Part shown: positions 28,272-32,000 of the stretch, one piece after another
How the letters are laid out: each line of letters begins with the position of its first letter
Position numbering within the stretch: position 1 is the first letter of the stretch
Assembly (NCBI GenBank): GCA_000175855.1
Contig: ACYB01000006.1
Coordinates: forward strand, 1 to 32,000
Direction: 5' to 3'
Origin: Raphidiopsis brookii D9
Lineage (GTDB): Bacteria > Cyanobacteriota > Cyanobacteriia > Cyanobacteriales > Nostocaceae
Length of the DNA: 32,000 bases
Notes under the pieces: model-generated
Told to the model about the DNA's origin: nothing
Databases searched by the model: none
What the model saw: the letters and a program-made list of their open reading frames with translations, nothing else
Translations under genes and position numbers: made by a program

Positions 28272-29561
28272 TCAGTCCCCCTCTCCTCCCTTCCACACAA
28301 TATCCTTAGTCGTGTTGGGATTTGGTAACTTTAAGGAAACTAAACCAGCTCCCAACACAAAAATCATTGATGTCCACAAACAACCCACTAACCCAAATAA
28401 CTGATAAACCAATCCGGATAATACTGTTCCCGCTAGACGACCACCAGAATTGGCCATGTAATAAAAACCAACGTTTAAAGCTACTTTATCATCATCAGTA
28501 AATGCCAAAACTAAGTAGGAGTGAACCGCAGAATTAAAGGCAAATACCACCCCAAACAACATTAGTCCACTAATCATAACTATATTGGCAGGTAACCCGC
28601 TTTGAAGAGCTAGTGCTATGATACAAGGAACAGCTGTTAAGGTAAACGTCCAAAATTGAATATTTTTGGCTGTTGGTGCCCGACCAGAACCAAATTTCTT
28701 CATTAAATTGGGAGCGAAAAATTGTACAATTCCATAGCCAATTACCCAGGTTGCTAAAAATCCACCTACTTGATAAAAAGACCAACCTAAAACTTCACGT
28801 AAAAATACTGGTAAACCAACTACAAACCAAACATCACGGGAGCCAAACAAAAAGAATCTGGCTGCGGATAAAACGTTGATCTCTTCACTTTTAGAAAATA
28901 GCTGACTGAATTTAACTTTCTTTTTAATTTTCCCCATTCCTTTGGGTAATAATAATCCTGTGAACATAATCAAAAATAGTGCGCCTGCCATAATTAAGAG
29001 AGCATTGACAAAGCCAAATAATGATAACAAAACACTACCAATAAAAAAACCAATTCCTTTTAAGGCATTTTTAGAACCGGTTAAAATTGCCACCCATTTG
29101 AATAGGGAAGATTGAGCATCTTGAGGAACCACTAAACGAATAGCACTTTTGGAGCTCATCTTAGTTAAATCCTTAGCAATGCCAGAAAATGCCTGAGCTA
29201 CCATCACATAAAGAACTGCTAACCACTGTACCCAATCTGCATTTAACCAAGACAACATTAACAAAGAAAAAACTTGTAAACCTATACCACTATAAAGAGT
29301 AATTTTCAGACCTAATTGGGATCCCACCCATCCACCTAAAAAATTAGTAACGATGCCAAATATCTCATAAAACAGAAATAAAAAGGCAATTTGTAAGGGT
29401 GTATAACCAATTTGATTAAAGTATAACAAAACTAGCATTCTCAATGCGCCATCCGTAATGGTAAAACCCCAATAGGCCAGGGTAACTACGGCATAATTTC
29501 TCAAATTTGCACCTGAATCAGCAGTATGGTTCATATATTTTTGTTGTATTACTGATGCCAA
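28272..29561 (-). CDS. arsJ: ArsJ-family MFS exporter (organoarsenical efflux)
   Basis: '[57 protein letters not shown]'; overlaps the adjacent GAPDH by 13 bp. Confidence 0.9.
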   Translation of the reverse strand: MASVIQQKYMNHTADSGANLRNYAVVTLAYWGFTITDGALRMLVLLYFNQIGYTPLQIAFLFLFYEIFGIVTNFLGGWVGSQLGLKITLYSGIGLQVFSLLMLSWLNADWVQWLAVLYVMVAQAFSGIAKDLTKMSSKSAIRLVVPQDAQSSLFKWVAILTGSKNALKGIGFFIGSVLLSLFGFVNALLIMAGALFLIMFTGLLLPKGMGKIKKKVKFSQLFSKSEEINVLSAARFFLFGSRDVWFVVGLPVFLREVLGWSFYQVGGFLATWVIGYGIVQFFAPNLMKKFGSGRAPTAKNIQFWTFTLTAVPCIIALALQSGLPANIVMISGLMLFGVVFAFNSAVHSYLVLAFTDDDKVALNVGFYYMANSGGRLAGTVLSGLVYQLFGLVGCLWTSMIFVLGAGLVSLKLPNPNTTKDIVWKGGEGD

Positions 29562-30565
29562 CTTAAAGCTACTTTGCGAGCTAATTCAGCCATCCGATTA
29601 GCATAACCCCATTCATTGTCATACCAAGCCAGGATTTTGACTTGAGTTTCATTGACAACCATTGTGGAAAGTGCATCAATAATGGAAGACCGAGGATCAT
29701 CTTTATAATCAATGGAAACTAGGGGACGTTCCTCATAACCCAAAATTCCTTTTAATGGTTCCTGCTCAGAAGCTGACTTTAATAAGGCATTAATTTCTTC
29801 TATGGTAGTTGGACGCACTACCTCAAATACACAATCCGTAAGGGAAGCATTTAATAGAGGTACACGCACAGCTAGACCATTTAATTTGCCATTTAATTCG
29901 GGATAAATGAGTCCAATCGCTGTAGCTGAACCGGTGGAGGTGGGAATCAATGACATACCAGTAGCTCTAGCACGACGCAAATCTTTATGGGGTGCGTCAA
30001 CTATGGTTTGGGTGTTAGTATGATCATGAATTGTGGTGATAATTCCATGCTTAATCCCTATACCTTCATGAATGACTTTTACCACTGGTGCTAAACAGTT
30101 GGTGGTACAAGAAGCAGCTGTTAAAATATGATCTTCTTTAGGTCTATAAAGATGATCATTTACCCCCATCACAATATTTAATGCTCCCCCTTTTACGGGT
30201 GCAGCAACAATTACTTTACTCACTCCTCTTTGAAAGTAGGGACTGAGAGTTTCTAGGGTTCTAAATTTTCCTGAGCATTCTAAAACAATGTCCACGGAAA
30301 ATTCTTCCCAGGGAACTTCTCCAGGTTGGGAATACTCGCTAAAGGTCAGGGATTTGTCACCAATAAAAATTTGGTCTTTTCCTGTTCCCACTTCGTTTTG
30401 CCAGCGCCCATGTACGGAATCAAATTTCAGTAAATGAGCTGCTGCTTCTACACCGCCTTTGAGTTCATTTATATGCACAAATTCTATCTCTGACCAATCC
30501 CAACCAGCACGCAATACTAAACGTCCTATACGCCCAAAACCATTAATTCCTACCCGGATTTTCAC
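29549..30565 (-). CDS. ArsJ-associated glyceraldehyde-3-phosphate dehydrogenase; likely GTG start at 30565 (ORF-track start 30601)
   Basis: '[20 protein letters not shown]', active site '[21 protein letters not shown]', '[20 protein letters not shown]'. Confidence 0.93.
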   Translation of the reverse strand: MKIRVGINGFGRIGRLVLRAGWDWSEIEFVHINELKGGVEAAAHLLKFDSVHGRWQNEVGTGKDQIFIGDKSLTFSEYSQPGEVPWEEFSVDIVLECSGKFRTLETLSPYFQRGVSKVIVAAPVKGGALNIVMGVNDHLYRPKEDHILTAASCTTNCLAPVVKVIHEGIGIKHGIITTIHDHTNTQTIVDAPHKDLRRARATGMSLIPTSTGSATAIGLIYPELNGKLNGLAVRVPLLNASLTDCVFEVVRPTTIEEINALLKSASEQEPLKGILGYEERPLVSIDYKDDPRSSIIDALSTMVVNETQVKILAWYDNEWGYANRMAELARKVALSWHQ

Positions 30566-30566
30566 A

Positions 30567-31614
30567 TTAAAACTCCTTCTGTTTACGCAATAATTCCCCA
30601 ATAGTTAAATTGAATTCCGACTTACCCCCAAATACCGTTCCAGCTTTACCATTGTGTAAATGCACATAACCAATATTGTATGCTTCCTTGGGTAAAGGCA
30701 CAGAGCCAACGGAATTAACTATTGCAGGTGCTTTTTTTAAGTAAAAATCTACAAATTTATACAGGTCTGCCCGATGTTTACCTGACCACAGATTCACATA
30801 AATAAATAGAGGTCTGGATAGAGGTTGATACTTGGATTTTCCTACTGTTTCTGGGGATGGTAATATGGGCCCTTTTTTGTTATCAACAGCTACTAGTTTC
30901 AATTTGTCTTGATTTTTTTTGTAGTAAGCATAACCGAAATAACCAAGGGCATTAACATTTTGATTAACACCCTTAACTAACACATCATCATCTTCACTAG
31001 CTGTATAATCATTACGACTAGCTTTTTCTTTACCAACTATTGCCTCAACAAAATAGTCATAAGTACCAGAATCCTTACCTGGTCCGTATAATTTTAATGG
31101 GCGGTCTGGCCAGGAAGCACGTACTTGATTCCACTGGGAAATTTTCCCCTGGGATTGGGGGTTCCCAGATCTTTCTCAATTCATCAACTGTTATGTCCTT
31201 AACCCAGTTGTTCTGAGGATGCACCACAACAGTTAAAGCATCAAATGCAACGGGTATTTCTATATATCTGACACCATTTTTATTACACTCTGCCATTTCT
31301 TTGGCAGAAATTGGTCGGGAGGCATTATTTATCTCTGTTTCATTCCTACAGAATTTTTTAAACCCTCCCCCCGTACCAGAAAAACTTACTTGTACTGAGG
31401 TTGGATTTTTCCCATCCTTGCTAAACTCTTTAACTATGGCTTGGGTAATTGGATATACAGTGCTGGAACCATCTATTCTAATTGTAGATGCTGTCTGAGA
31501 GTTAACATCTTTTGTTGCTTCTACTGAACTGTTTTTGTTCACATCAGCGGTGCAACTGGCGGCCAATGTTAACATTCCCACTGTGATCAATAATCTTACT
31601 GCGGTTGGTTTCAC
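30567..31614 (-). pseudogene. PstS/SphX-like phosphate-binding lipoprotein split by a frameshift near 31150-31165
   Basis: ORF 31075..31614 carries '[22 protein letters not shown]...[14 protein letters not shown]...[11 protein letters not shown]'; the alternate frame from about 31155 reads [61 protein letters not shown]..., joining ORF 30567..30983. Confidence 0.88.
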
Positions 31615-31862
31615 TGGTTTATCCTAACATGGTTACTACTGAGTAATACTAAATAGTATCTGTTGACCATTATTTCAAAAAAATTTAGATATGTCAATTA
31701 TGTCAGGGAGAAAATATACAAAAATTAACCATAACAATTAGGTTGGGATCTGAAATCCTTCAGTTCACGCAAATCATGATGAGATTCTTGGTTTTCATCA
31801 CTACCTTGAGCGATCGCCCGTACTAAAGTAAAAAAACTACAGCTATAGCCACATAAGGGAGA

Positions 31863-32000
31863 TTAAAATGCTTGCCCGTCAAATTTACGCATCAATTTTT
31901 GACTAAGCGCTTCTGCCAAAGCTATAAGATTGGGTAAAACTCCCCATATAAAAACGGGGATTTTTACCCTGGAAAGAATTACCCTTGTTGAAAGAAAATT
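31863..32000 (-). CDS. 3' end of a CDS running off the window, function unknown
   Basis: Open frame to the window edge: NFLSTRVILSRVKIPVFIWGVLPNLIALAEALSQKLMRKFDGQAF*. Confidence 0.35.
   Translation of the reverse strand, partial: NFLSTRVILSRVKIPVFIWGVLPNLIALAEALSQKLMRKFDGQAF

Noticed and set aside
1-32000. tRNA, rRNA, tmRNA genes or intact transposases
   Set aside because: None recognised by reading the intergenic regions. A tRNAscan/Infernal run would be needed to exclude small structured RNAs.

Overview
Window from a cyanobacterial chromosome: frequent HIP1 octamers (GCGATCGC), Nostocales-like gene content, taxon inferred only. Main contents: (1) a 5' non-coding region of HIP1-linked and CCCCCC/GGGGGG palindromic repeats, with an exact 449-bp tandem duplication; (2) a large type-ISP-like N6-adenine DNA methyltransferase without a helicase or nuclease; (3) coaE; (4) a bidirectional [NiFe]-hydrogenase operon on the minus strand (usp-hoxE-hoxF-hoxU-hoxY-CBS/CP12-hoxH); (5) a divergent 1329-aa REC-wHTH-HPt-REC-PAS-PAS-HK-REC-REC phosphorelay protein, a single-domain REC protein, a phosphoribosyltransferase and a second universal stress protein; (6) a frameshifted NYN/LabA-like gene; (7) an HtrA-type protease; (8) a devBCA-type exporter; (9) a CblD/MMADHC-like protein; (10) a K+ channel/TrkA protein with a 5' frameshift; (11) argD; (12) an arsenate-detoxification module (pstS/sphX-like, frameshifted, with GAPDH and arsJ). 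The best lead is the CBS-CP12 fusion between hoxY and hoxH, which has lost one cysteine of its C-terminal CP12 pair, together with the surrounding USP/PRTase/phosphorelay genes. I found no CRISPR array, tRNA/rRNA, intact IS element or clearly new defence system.
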